A stretch of 64,000 bases of DNA from Defluviicoccus sp. (GTDB lineage Bacteria; Pseudomonadota; Alphaproteobacteria; Rhodospirillales; Defluviicoccaceae). The notes beneath the pieces are model-generated. The model was not told where the DNA came from. It made no database searches and saw only the letters and a list, made by a program, of their open reading frames with translations. Position numbers and translations under genes: made by a program. The stretch is from assembly GCA_049291695.1 (NCBI GenBank), contig JBATPX010000217.1, forward strand, positions 30,001 through 94,000, in the 5' to 3' direction. Below are positions 18,884 through 27,830 of the stretch, piece by piece; position 1 is the stretch's first letter, and every line of letters starts with the position of its first letter.

Positions 18884-19741
18884 TCATACGGGCGCGGCGG
18901 CGGCCGTCAGCTGCTCGACCGCTCCTGCCGCCGCCGGCGCACCTTGCGCCGTGGCAGCCCGCGCGGCAGCACGATAGGCCGCCTCGACCACGGTTGCGCC
19001 GTACTTGCGCTCCAGCCGGCGGATCGTGAAATGCCCGCGCGCGATGTCCTGGAAATGCTTGAGGAAGAGGGTGTTGATGGCGGCGCCGGTGAGCGCGCCC
19101 ATGATCGGCACCATCTGCGCCGCTGCCTTGTCGGTGATGACGACGCCGAAGCGGGCAGCAATGCCGCGCACCAGATCGACGGCGCCGGGGAGGCTGGTGA
19201 CGCCTGTACCGGCCTTGGCAAGCTGGCTCGTCAGCGGCGTAAAGTGCAGCGCAAGCGCAAGGCGGACCTCGTAGTAGCCGATTTCGGCGTAGCGATCCTC
19301 CCCCGACCGCCCCCCCAGGGCAAACACCTCCAGACAAGCGAAGCGGGCGCCTGCAGAGCTCAGATCCTCGCCGTGGCTGCGGGCAATATCGGCAATTGAG
19401 CGTAGCATGATAAGTGTCGTCACCGGCAACTCGATCATCAGCGCCGGCAGGCCGAAATAGCCCCCCAATGAACCCGTCGTTACGACGGCCAGCCGATGCA
19501 AAGCGGCGTGACCGCGCCTGCCGGCTCGGGCGTCCAACGAGTCGAGCGCGACCAGGAACGTCTTGCCGATCGCCATTTCGGCCGCGGCGTGCACGCGGTC
19601 GTGCCAGTGCTGCGGCAGGTAACGCAGAACCTCCTCGATCGGTCTGCCGATCGTGTTGGCGAGGCGGGCGGCGAAGCTCGGATGTTCGAGCGCCTCGAAG
19701 GCCTGCCCCAGCTCCGCCTGTTCCGCTGCCGACATTACCAT
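18884..19741 (-). CDS. EcsC-family protein
   Basis: SFAARLANTIGRPIEEVLRYLP..TTLIMLRSIADIARSHGEDL..EIGYYEVRLALA pattern. ATG 19741 (MVMSAAEQ). Confidence 0.6.
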   Translation of the reverse strand: MVMSAAEQAELGQAFEALEHPSFAARLANTIGRPIEEVLRYLPQHWHDRVHAAAEMAIGKTFLVALDSLDARAGRRGHAALHRLAVVTTGSLGGYFGLPALMIELPVTTLIMLRSIADIARSHGEDLSSAGARFACLEVFALGGRSGEDRYAEIGYYEVRLALALHFTPLTSQLAKAGTGVTSLPGAVDLVRGIAARFGVVITDKAAAQMVPIMGALTGAAINTLFLKHFQDIARGHFTIRRLERKYGATVVEAAYRAAARAATAQGAPAAAGAVEQLTAAAAPV

Positions 19742-19772
19742 GGCACTGCCCGCAAGCTTGATGCTTCGAAGC

Positions 19773-20057
19773 TCAGATCCGGAAGTTCTCGGCGTAGTTC
19801 TTCGGCCGCAGCTGGCGCGGCTTCGAATCCTGGACTTGGTACTGAAGGCCATGCCGTTCCGCAAACGCCACCGCCTGCGCGCGCGTCTCGAACCACAGGC
19901 GGATCTGCTGCCGGGTGTCGCTGGAGCCGATCCAGCCCATCAGCGGATCGTGAAAGCGCGCCGACGACGACTCGAACTGGAGCAGCCATCGCTTGGTGTT
20001 GCCGCGCCCGGATTGCATCGTTGTCTTTGTCGGTTGAAAAATTCGTACCGTCGTCAC
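19773..20057 (-). CDS. ETC complex I subunit conserved-region protein (NDUFS4-like)
   Basis: 94 aa. VRIFQPTKTTMQSGRGNTKRWLLQFE...DPLMGWIGSSDT..QIRLWFETRAQAVAFAERHGL. GTG start preceded by GGAAGAGGTGG. Confidence 0.75.
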   Translation of the reverse strand: MTTVRIFQPTKTTMQSGRGNTKRWLLQFESSSARFHDPLMGWIGSSDTRQQIRLWFETRAQAVAFAERHGLQYQVQDSKPRQLRPKNYAENFRI

Positions 20058-20326
20058 GTCTGAACCACCTCTTCCGCGACGCCCACCGGCGCCTTGCGTT
20101 CGGTCGGTAAGATAGCCGCTCTATCGCTCCCTTGGAAGTCGCTGGCCAGCGAGTTCACGAGTGCGCAAAGCTTGCCGTTGCGTCAATGGCAGGGGCGGGC
20201 TTCAATACCGGACCGGGCAGACGTGCCGAAGCCGCCGCAACGCCGTGGCGAGACCCGAGCGGCAGGCGCGTCGGCCAACAGGGGCGGACACGCGGCATCG
20301 CGCCGTCGATCGCTTCCAGCGGGAGA

Positions 20327-21781
20327 ATGATGGCCGATCACATGGCAATGTTCTGGGCGGTCTTGCTTGCGACGGTCCAGGTCCTTTCGGCGGTCTTCGC
20401 GTCGGCGCACGCCGTTTTGCACAAGCGTGACGTTCGCGCCGCCATCGGTTGGGTCGGCCTGATCTGGCTGGTGCCCTTTTTCGGGTCGATTTTCTACGGG
20501 CTGTTCGGCATCAACCGCATCCGCCGACGCGCAAGCGATCTGCGTGGCCACGAGCCGCAGGTGCGCGCCACGCGCGGCGGACCCGCCGCCACACGTGCGG
20601 CCGTTGCCGGCGCCCTGCCCGAGGCGCATTCGCATTTCGCCGCCGTGGCGCGATTGCTCGATGCGATTGCGCCGTGCCCGCTGACGGCCGGCAACGCCTT
20701 CGACCCGCTGGTGGGCGGGACGGCTGCCTTTCAGGCCATGCTGGCGGCGATCGAACAGGCGGAGACGTCAATCGGCCTCTCGACCTACATTTTCGATGCC
20801 GACGCCCTTGGCCAAGCGTTTGCCGCGGCGCTTGGCCGCGCTCAAGCGCGCGGTGTTGCCGTACGGGTCCTCGTTGATGGCGTTGGCGTGCGCTACTCGC
20901 AGCCCTTGATCACGACACGGCTGGCGGCGCTCGGGGTGAGTGCGGCGGAGTTCCTGCCGACCCTGTTTCCTCTGCACCTGCCTTACGCCAACCTGCGCAA
21001 TCATCGCAAAATCCTGCTCATCGACGGGATCGTCGGCTTCACCGGCGGCATGAACATCCGCCGCGGCCACCTCGACGACGCCGCCACGGCGGAAGCAATC
21101 CAGGACGTCCACTTTTGTTTGCAGGGACCCGTCGTTCGCGATCTTGCCGCCACGTTCGCCGAAGATTGGCAGTTCGCGACCGGCGAGCGCCTGGCTGGCG
21201 CCGCTTGGTTTCCGGACCTGCAGGCCTGCGGGCCGGTCTTCGCGCGGGTCATCGCTGCCGGCCCCGACGAGGATTTCGAGCTTCTGCACTGGTCCATTCT
21301 GGCTGCGCTGTCCCAGGCCCGGCGCGCGGTCCGCATCGTCACCCCATATTTCCTGCCCGATCCAATTCTCGCCACGGCGCTGATCCTGGCGGCTTTGCGC
21401 GGTGTCACCGTCGAGATTGTCGTACCGGTCAAGAACAACCTGAGGCTCGTCCAGTGGGCCGTCTATGCCAAGATCGGCACACTGCTCAGCCGCGGCTGCC
21501 GAGTCTTTCTCAGCCCGCCGCCGTTCGATCACGCCAAACTGATGACAGTCGACGGCAGCTGGGCGCTCATCGGTTCGGCGAACTGGGATCCGCGCAGCCT
21601 GCGGTTGAACTTCGAGCTCGACGTCGAATGCTACGACGCTGATCTTGTTGAGACTCTGAACGGCTTGATCGACGCCCGGATCGCCGCCGCCACACCATTG
21701 ACGCTGGAGCGGCTGAACGCGCGCCCGTTGGCGGTCAAACTTCGCGATGCGACGGCGTGGCTCCTGTCGCCCTATCTGTGA
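20327..21781 (+). CDS. cls: Cardiolipin synthase (PLD superfamily)
   Basis: Two N-terminal TM helices. Two HKD motifs (NHRKILLIDG; DHAKLMTVDGSWALIGSANWD). ATG 20327 after the GGGAGA SD. Confidence 0.9.
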   Translation: MMADHMAMFWAVLLATVQVLSAVFASAHAVLHKRDVRAAIGWVGLIWLVPFFGSIFYGLFGINRIRRRASDLRGHEPQVRATRGGPAATRAAVAGALPEAHSHFAAVARLLDAIAPCPLTAGNAFDPLVGGTAAFQAMLAAIEQAETSIGLSTYIFDADALGQAFAAALGRAQARGVAVRVLVDGVGVRYSQPLITTRLAALGVSAAEFLPTLFPLHLPYANLRNHRKILLIDGIVGFTGGMNIRRGHLDDAATAEAIQDVHFCLQGPVVRDLAATFAEDWQFATGERLAGAAWFPDLQACGPVFARVIAAGPDEDFELLHWSILAALSQARRAVRIVTPYFLPDPILATALILAALRGVTVEIVVPVKNNLRLVQWAVYAKIGTLLSRGCRVFLSPPPFDHAKLMTVDGSWALIGSANWDPRSLRLNFELDVECYDADLVETLNGLIDARIAAATPLTLERLNARPLAVKLRDATAWLLSPYL

Positions 21782-21855
21782 ACGGCAGCAGAGCGAAGCC
21801 GGAGCCTGCGGTGCGCGAGAGCACCCTTGTACTCCGCGTTTCCCCCCTGGGGGCA

Positions 21856-21880
21856 GAGCCGGACCCTTGCGGTCCGGCTC
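21856..21880 (+). terminator. 10-bp stem hairpin downstream of cls
   Basis: GAGCCGGACC-cttgc-GGTCCGGCTC, about 75 nt after the cls stop. No U-tract. Confidence 0.3.
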
Positions 21881-22027
21881 GCCCCGTGAGGGAGTGCCAG
21901 GAGATGGGGGTGGGGAGCCCCTGACATCTGGACTTATAACAAATTCAGCCGCGTGGTGCTGTGATAATGCGCACTCGGTTAGCCCTCTCCCCGAAGCGCT
22001 GCCGGCCAACCGGCCGGCTCGGATCGC

Positions 22028-23338
22028 TTACTCGATGACGAAGCGCGAACCACCCAGCGTTCGCCCGGCTTCATCGACGACGACAACCCGCCACTCGCCC
22101 TTTTGATGCGGTAGAATCGTCTTGCGCGAGTTCGCCCGCCAGCGGTTGCTGGTGACCTGAAAGCGCATCGTGCCCTCCACCCGGCCACGGTAGATCCAGC
22201 GGTGCTCGACCTTGCGGCCCATGAGGCCGGTCAACTCGGTGAAGTAATGGAGCTGGCCGCGATCGACCTCGCGCAGGCTGACGCTTTCATCCAGCGTATT
22301 GACCGGCTCACGATTACGAATGGCGGTCGTCACCAGCGAGCGCGCGACGTTCCGGCTGCCCGCCACCGGCAGATCATCGTTCGCTTCCACGGACCGCGCC
22401 GGCAGCTCCCGTTGGGCGACCACCGGCTCCTCGTCAACCACCGGCTCCTCGTCAAATGAGGGCGGCGCGATCACCGGCTGCAATGGGGCGGCGACAATGG
22501 CGAGCGGATCGCCTGGGGATGATGGCGGCGGCGGCGGAATCCTCGCGTCAACGAGATCTTCATCCTCAACCGTTGGCGCGGCCTGACGCGCGCGCGGGAC
22601 GGGGCGCGGTACAGGCTGGGTCGTCTCTGGGGTGCGCTCTGGCTCTGAAGATGGCGTGATTGCCGGCGCTTGTGCCAGCGAAGCGGTGGTGGTCGGCGTG
22701 GCCGGTTCGGCCGGCGGCGGTGCGGCCGGGCCCGCGGCAGGCTCGACGGCGAGTGCGGCCGCAGGATTTTCTGGCGCGGCAGGGGCGGGTGCTGCAGGGG
22801 CAGGTGCGGCTGGGGGCGCGGTGCGGGCACCAGGGACCTGTTCGCCGTACTGGCCGTTCGCATTGCTGCCGGAGGCCGCCGGCCGGGTCGCTGCTGGTGC
22901 TGAAGCCTGGCCAGTCGCCTCCGCCGCCGATTTATGGCGCAATGCGCCACCCCGCAAGATCGCCTCCTTCGGCGCCTGCGACGGTTCCGGCGCGCCGGCA
23001 CCGGCTGGCGGCGCGGGCGCTGGCGGCAGCGCTGCCGCTTCGGATTCGATCACCGGCTTGGCGGCGACGCTGTCCTCGCTGCGACGGTCGTTCTCGACCG
23101 GATTTCCGAACCGCATCGACGGCCGGTCGATGAAGGCATCACCGAAACCGGAGGGAAGCTTGACCGGCTGACCGGCGTCGGTCGCGACCGGAGCGGTAAT
23201 CTGTGCGGTCTCGCGATGCCGGGTGCTGTCGGTGAACCACAGTGCGTAGCCCACACCGAGACAGAGAACGGCAATAAGAAAGACGGCCAAAGACCGCGAC
23301 TGTTGCGGTCGCTTCTTGCGAAACAAACGTCGGGCCAT
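22028..23338 (-). CDS. Membrane-anchored Pro/Ala-rich protein with C-terminal DUF2914-like domain
   Basis: N-terminal TM (LAVFLIAVLCLGVGYALWF). About 250 aa of P/A-rich low complexity. C-terminal LHYFTELTGLMGRKVEHRWIYRGRVEGTMRFQVTSNRWRANSRK. Confidence 0.6.
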   Translation of the reverse strand: MARRLFRKKRPQQSRSLAVFLIAVLCLGVGYALWFTDSTRHRETAQITAPVATDAGQPVKLPSGFGDAFIDRPSMRFGNPVENDRRSEDSVAAKPVIESEAAALPPAPAPPAGAGAPEPSQAPKEAILRGGALRHKSAAEATGQASAPAATRPAASGSNANGQYGEQVPGARTAPPAAPAPAAPAPAAPENPAAALAVEPAAGPAAPPPAEPATPTTTASLAQAPAITPSSEPERTPETTQPVPRPVPRARQAAPTVEDEDLVDARIPPPPPSSPGDPLAIVAAPLQPVIAPPSFDEEPVVDEEPVVAQRELPARSVEANDDLPVAGSRNVARSLVTTAIRNREPVNTLDESVSLREVDRGQLHYFTELTGLMGRKVEHRWIYRGRVEGTMRFQVTSNRWRANSRKTILPHQKGEWRVVVVDEAGRTLGGSRFVIE

Positions 23339-23629
23339 CGCACCTCTTGCTTTCGCCTTGCGGGTCTCCGCCAGGGCATCGTGGCAGGCCTCGCGGCATC
23401 TGCATTCCTTCTACGCGGTGTGCCGCGCCCTTGGCAACCCCGCAACGGGCGCTCAGATGAGTGCCGCCGGGCTGTAAGCGGGGAGCGGCTGAGGCGGGAG
23501 GCTGCCGGAACCGCGATCGGCCGGCTTCATGATCACGTGCAGCCATGATCTGGCGCGGCACGCCGTTAACCCTTTCTTCACACCTTAAGCGAAGAATCGA
23601 GACCGATACTGGACAAGGGGCACTCCCTG

Positions 23630-24394
23630 ATGGCACCGCTCAGCATCGCATTCGGCGCCACACCGCGCGAGCGCCTCGAGCCGCTGGGGTTGCGTCTGCC
23701 GACGCTCACCGGCACGTGCCAGCTTGAGGCCGGCTCATTCTTCGAGCCACCGTGCTTCATCCAAGCCCGGGTCGATCAGCCGACCCTGCTTGAGGTCGGG
23801 GCCTTTGCCTCGGTCAGCGGCGGCCAGATCGGCAAGGTGAGGATCGGCCGCTATTGCGCGATTGCACCCGATGTCCGCATCGGCGCGCACGAGCATCCGA
23901 CCCATTGGCTGACCTGCTCGCGCGTCGCCTACTATCCGGTCGTGCACGATTGGGATCGCTTCAGTCGTCCGGACCGGTACGAAGCGATCCGCGAGACCCA
24001 GCACCCCTTCGCCGCCAGCTGCCCGCTGACAACGCTCGGCCCCGACGTCTGGATCGGCCAAGGCGCATTCATCAAGGCCGGCATCACGCTTGGGCCCGGC
24101 GCGGTGGTAGCGGCGCGCTCGGTGGTCATCAAGGACGTACCGCCTTATGCCATCGTCGCCGGCATGCCGGCGAGCGTCAAGAAGTACCGCTTCGCGGACC
24201 GCATCATCGAGCACCTGCTTGAAGTCAACTGGTGGCGCTATTCCCTTTACGACTGTTACGATCTGCCGTTCGACAAGCCTGAGCAGGCGCTGGACACGAT
24301 CGAAGAGCGGGTGGCCGCGGGCACGCTGAGGCCCTATTGCCCGCGCGCCCTAAGTGCGGCCGACCTGCAGCAACTTTTCGCGGCGAATGCTTAA
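23630..24394 (+). CDS. Hexapeptide-repeat O-acetyltransferase (CatB/Vat-like)
   Basis: Left-handed beta-helix repeats (IGRYCAIAPDVRIGAH, VWIGQGAFIKAGITLGPGAVVAARSVVIKDVPPYAIVAGMPA). Confidence 0.75.
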   Translation: MAPLSIAFGATPRERLEPLGLRLPTLTGTCQLEAGSFFEPPCFIQARVDQPTLLEVGAFASVSGGQIGKVRIGRYCAIAPDVRIGAHEHPTHWLTCSRVAYYPVVHDWDRFSRPDRYEAIRETQHPFAASCPLTTLGPDVWIGQGAFIKAGITLGPGAVVAARSVVIKDVPPYAIVAGMPASVKKYRFADRIIEHLLEVNWWRYSLYDCYDLPFDKPEQALDTIEERVAAGTLRPYCPRALSAADLQQLFAANA

Positions 24395-24463
24395 GCGGCA
24401 GCGCGGAGCGAGCGCATTCGTGGGCACCTCTGAAGCATCTCCCCTTTCCCAACGAGCGAACTG

Positions 24464-25651
24464 ATGGCAGCCAGAACGAGAAAAATCCTGGTCATGATCC
24501 CCGCTGGGGAGGTTTACGATCACGACTGTGTCCGCTGGTACAAGGCCAGCGATACGCAACGTTCGATTGAACATTACCATAACATTGGTGATGCGTTTGT
24601 TTTCGACTCTTCGTTAAAACTACTTGATTATAATCATATCGACTCCCTTGAGATAAGCAAGTTCGATAACCGAAAAATTGATGTTTACAACTCGGAGTAT
24701 GATTACTGCTTTCTGAGAGGCTCCAACTATCTCAACCCCTCGACCAACTGGAGTCATGCGGCTGATATCATCGAGAAGCTGACAATCCCGGTGATCGCGT
24801 TCGGCATCGGCGCCCAGGCACCGAGCCAGGGCGCCCTTGAGTTATCGGAGGAAACGAAGCGGGTGATGCGGGCGATCGCGCACCGGTGCAGCACCATCGG
24901 CGTGCGCGGCGCGTTCACCGCCCAGACACTGTGGGACATGGGCGTCAAGAACATCCGTATCATCGGCTGCCCGACACTGTTCCGCCGCAACAATCCCGAG
25001 CTCCGCATCGACCTGCCGGCCCTGGCAGATGTGCGCACGATCGGTTTCACGGTGCGCCGCGAGGTTTCCGCCGCGTACGCGAAGGATGTCGAGAGCTATC
25101 TCGGCCGCCACCGGTCTATCATCGCCGATCTCGACAGCCACTATGACGTCAGGCTGATGGCGCAGGGTGAAGTCGAAGAAAAGAAGCTGGTGTTCGGCAC
25201 GCCCTTGCAGCGGGCACAGGCTCTCGTGCAGCTGACGCAGTCGCAGTGGTTTGCCGGGCCCGATGATCCTCTCGTCCGGCTCTACTGCACGCGACTGTTC
25301 TACTCGGACGTGGTTGCCGACTACGATTGCGTGACGCGGCTCCACGATCTCGTTCTTGGCTACCGGCTGCACGGCAATCTGATGGCGCTCGCGAACGGCG
25401 TGCCGGCGATTTACTTCACCTACGACAGCCGGACCGCCGAATTTGCCGAGACCTTTGCTATCCCGGCCTACGATGTGTTTTCGAACGAGCCGTTCGCTTT
25501 GGAAGCGTACTGGGATCAGAGCCGCTTCGAGCGGTTCAACCAAGCCTACTACCGCGGCTACCGGGAGATGCGAGCCTTTCTAACCGAGAACGGCCTTGCA
25601 CATAAGATGAAGGCGGATGCGCCGGTTCCGGAGGCGCGTCGTGCCGCCTGA
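24464..25651 (+). CDS. Polysaccharide pyruvyl transferase family protein
   Basis: NIGDAFVFDSSLKLL, LRGSNYLN, VRGAFTAQTL..IIGCPTLF, GYRLHGNLMALANGVPAIYFTYDSRTAEF: the pattern of the CsaB/WcaK/ExoV family. Confidence 0.75.
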   Translation: MAARTRKILVMIPAGEVYDHDCVRWYKASDTQRSIEHYHNIGDAFVFDSSLKLLDYNHIDSLEISKFDNRKIDVYNSEYDYCFLRGSNYLNPSTNWSHAADIIEKLTIPVIAFGIGAQAPSQGALELSEETKRVMRAIAHRCSTIGVRGAFTAQTLWDMGVKNIRIIGCPTLFRRNNPELRIDLPALADVRTIGFTVRREVSAAYAKDVESYLGRHRSIIADLDSHYDVRLMAQGEVEEKKLVFGTPLQRAQALVQLTQSQWFAGPDDPLVRLYCTRLFYSDVVADYDCVTRLHDLVLGYRLHGNLMALANGVPAIYFTYDSRTAEFAETFAIPAYDVFSNEPFALEAYWDQSRFERFNQAYYRGYREMRAFLTENGLAHKMKADAPVPEARRAA

Positions 25652-26417
25652 ACCTGTTGTCGACGGCGAGCCGGGCACCCCAACCGCGCCCGTGGCGCTC
25701 GTGGCGCCTCCTTCGATCGCCGGCTACATCGATGCGGTCAAGGGCCTCAAGGTCTCCGGCTGGGCCTGGAACCGCGCCGACCCTGCGGCCGCCCTCGAGA
25801 TCGAGATCCGCCGTGACGGCAAGGTGGCGGCCCTCGGCCGTGCCGATAAGTTCCGCGCTGACCTGGAGAAGGCCGGCGTCGGCGATGGCCGTCATGCGTT
25901 CGAGATCATGCTGGAAACGCCGATCGCCCCGGGGGAAGGTCACGCCATCGAGGCGTTTGCAATTTGCCCCGGCCTCGCACGACCCGCGCCGTTGGTCAAT
26001 CGCACCGGTGCCGCGCCTGGCAGTGAGCGGGGGGGCGCTCCGGCGATGCCCGCAGAGTTCCGCCAGTGGGTTGATCAAGTCGCCAGCGTGCAACGAACTT
26101 TCGAGGCGACGGTGCGTTCGGTCATCGGTGATGTTCGAGCGGCCGAAGCGCGCGCAACCCGCCGCCCGGCGGCGGAGCTGCAGGCACTGACGGCTGCGGT
26201 CGAGAGCCTGCACGGTGCCGTCGGCGAGATCGCCAGGCAACTGCAAGGGCTCGAAGTGTTTCAGGCGCGCTTCGACGGCCTCGCGGCCACGCTTGAACAG
26301 GCCGATGCGCAACGGACCAAAGCAGCGCCCGCCGACCAGCGGCTGGTCATCGCCGTCGCCGGTGTGGCCGCCCTCTCGCTGCTTTCACTGGTGATGGGGA
26401 TCTGGGCCATCCTCTGA
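25617..26417 (+). CDS. Hypothetical tail-anchored protein (N-terminal beta-rich domain, coiled-coil, C-terminal TM)
   Basis: GYIDAVKGLKVSGWAWN..EIRRDGKVAALGRADKFRADLEKAGVGDGRHAFEI, then a helical region, then the C-terminal hydrophobic LVIAVAGVAALSLLSLVMGIWAIL. Start ATG 25617 (overlaps the upstream gene) or GTG 25641. Confidence 0.55.
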   Translation: MRRFRRRVVPPEPVVDGEPGTPTAPVALVAPPSIAGYIDAVKGLKVSGWAWNRADPAAALEIEIRRDGKVAALGRADKFRADLEKAGVGDGRHAFEIMLETPIAPGEGHAIEAFAICPGLARPAPLVNRTGAAPGSERGGAPAMPAEFRQWVDQVASVQRTFEATVRSVIGDVRAAEARATRRPAAELQALTAAVESLHGAVGEIARQLQGLEVFQARFDGLAATLEQADAQRTKAAPADQRLVIAVAGVAALSLLSLVMGIWAIL

Positions 26418-26460
26418 GACGCCTGCCGCTGCCCGCGCGGGCATTGCTGGTCAGAGCCGC

Positions 26461-27828
26461 TCATCGCTCGCGCAGGGCGTGCCGCATCCGCTCGGTAAGG
26501 GGCTCGACGAAGTAGTCAATCGCCCGCCGCTCACCGGTGTTGATCATGACCTCCACCGGCATGCCGGGCGAAAGACGGGCCCCCTCGTTCATCGCCAACG
26601 ACTCCGCCAGCAGTTTGAGGCGAACCGTGAAGTAGGGCTCGCCGGTCCGAGCGTCCGCCAGCTTGTCGGCAGAAACATAGCTCAGCACGCCGCCGATGAC
26701 GGGCGCGTTTGATCGCTTGTAGGCCGTGAGCCGTGCCTCCGCCGGCAAGCCGGGATGCAGGCGTTCAATGTCGACCGGGCTGACACGGGCTTCCACGATC
26801 ATCTCGTCGTCCACCGGAACGATGTCCATCAAGGCTTGGCCCGGCCCGATTACGCCACCTGGGGTGACGACGCGCAGATCGACGACGATGCCGTCCTGCG
26901 GTGCCGTCACCGAGCGGCGTTCGCGGATGTCGCGGGCGGCGCGGATGCGCTCGCTCAGGTCTTTCTCAAGCTTCTGGGCATCGGCGATGCCGCGTGCGAT
27001 CTCGGCCAGGCGGGTCTGCTCGAGGTTGGCGATCTCCTGCATCGTGCCGGCGATTGCAGCGTTGGCGCGGCCGACCTGATTGGCAAGCTCGCCCTGGCGA
27101 CCTTTGAGTTCTGCCACCGTCCGCTTCAGCTCCAGCATCCGCGGGCGCCGTTCATAGCCCTTGTTCAGCAAGTAGACGACGCCTGCGAGCTCTTCTTCGT
27201 ACAGTCTCAGCCGCTCGCTCGTCGCCGCCAGCTCCGCCTCGGCGCCGGCGATCTCCCGGCGTGACTGCTCAATCCGTTGTTCAAGGACCGCCTGCGCGCT
27301 GTCGTGGGCCTGCCAGCGGACGTGGAACAGGCGGCTCTGTCCCGCCAGCAGCGCCGCTGCGTGCGGGTCATGGGCTGTCCCTGCCAGCGCCGAGGGTTCC
27401 TCCATCTCGCGCGAACCCGCCTGTTCGGTGCGCAGACGGGCGAGCTCGGCGGAAGTTGCCAGGGCTTGTGCGGTGAGCTGGCTGAGCTGGGCCTCCGCTT
27501 GCGTCGCATCGAGGAGCGCCACCGGTTGGCCCATCCGCACGCGGTCGCCCTCGTGCACCAGCATCTCGCTGAGAATGCCGCCTTCGAGGTGCTGGATGGT
27601 CTTGCGGTGACTGTCAACGATCACCGTCCCGGCGGCGATGACTGCCGAGTCCAGGTGCGCCAGCAGTGACCAGCCGAGGAAGCCGCCAAAGCAGGACGCA
27701 ATCGCAAGCGTGCCGGCAATCACGGTCCCGCGCAGCGATGGCTCCGTTTCGTCCTCATGGGTGCCGGCGTTGGCAGCGCCCGCATTGAGGAACTTGCCTG
27801 GCAATAAACGCAACGATATCGCGGTCAT
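26461..27828 (-). CDS. Type I secretion membrane-fusion protein (HlyD family)
   Basis: 455 aa. N-terminal TM, long coiled-coil, HlyD-type C-terminal barrel. Start lies 2 nt after the ABC gene stop. Confidence 0.9.
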   Translation of the reverse strand: MTAISLRLLPGKFLNAGAANAGTHEDETEPSLRGTVIAGTLAIASCFGGFLGWSLLAHLDSAVIAAGTVIVDSHRKTIQHLEGGILSEMLVHEGDRVRMGQPVALLDATQAEAQLSQLTAQALATSAELARLRTEQAGSREMEEPSALAGTAHDPHAAALLAGQSRLFHVRWQAHDSAQAVLEQRIEQSRREIAGAEAELAATSERLRLYEEELAGVVYLLNKGYERRPRMLELKRTVAELKGRQGELANQVGRANAAIAGTMQEIANLEQTRLAEIARGIADAQKLEKDLSERIRAARDIRERRSVTAPQDGIVVDLRVVTPGGVIGPGQALMDIVPVDDEMIVEARVSPVDIERLHPGLPAEARLTAYKRSNAPVIGGVLSYVSADKLADARTGEPYFTVRLKLLAESLAMNEGARLSPGMPVEVMINTGERRAIDYFVEPLTERMRHALRER

Positions 27829-27830
27829 GG

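Noticed and set aside
21782-22027. Hairpin- and G-run-rich intergenic region (GGGGTGGGGAGCCCC, CCCTCTCCCC) as a possible REP/MITE-type repeat
   Set aside because: There is only one copy in the window, so repetitiveness cannot be assessed. Only the clear 10-bp-stem hairpin was kept, as a low-confidence terminator.
25536-26312. 258-aa minus-strand ORF competing with the 25617-26417 plus-strand gene
   Set aside because: The minus product is Arg-rich and featureless. The plus product has balanced composition, a plausible domain/coiled-coil/TM layout and the same orientation as the two upstream genes.
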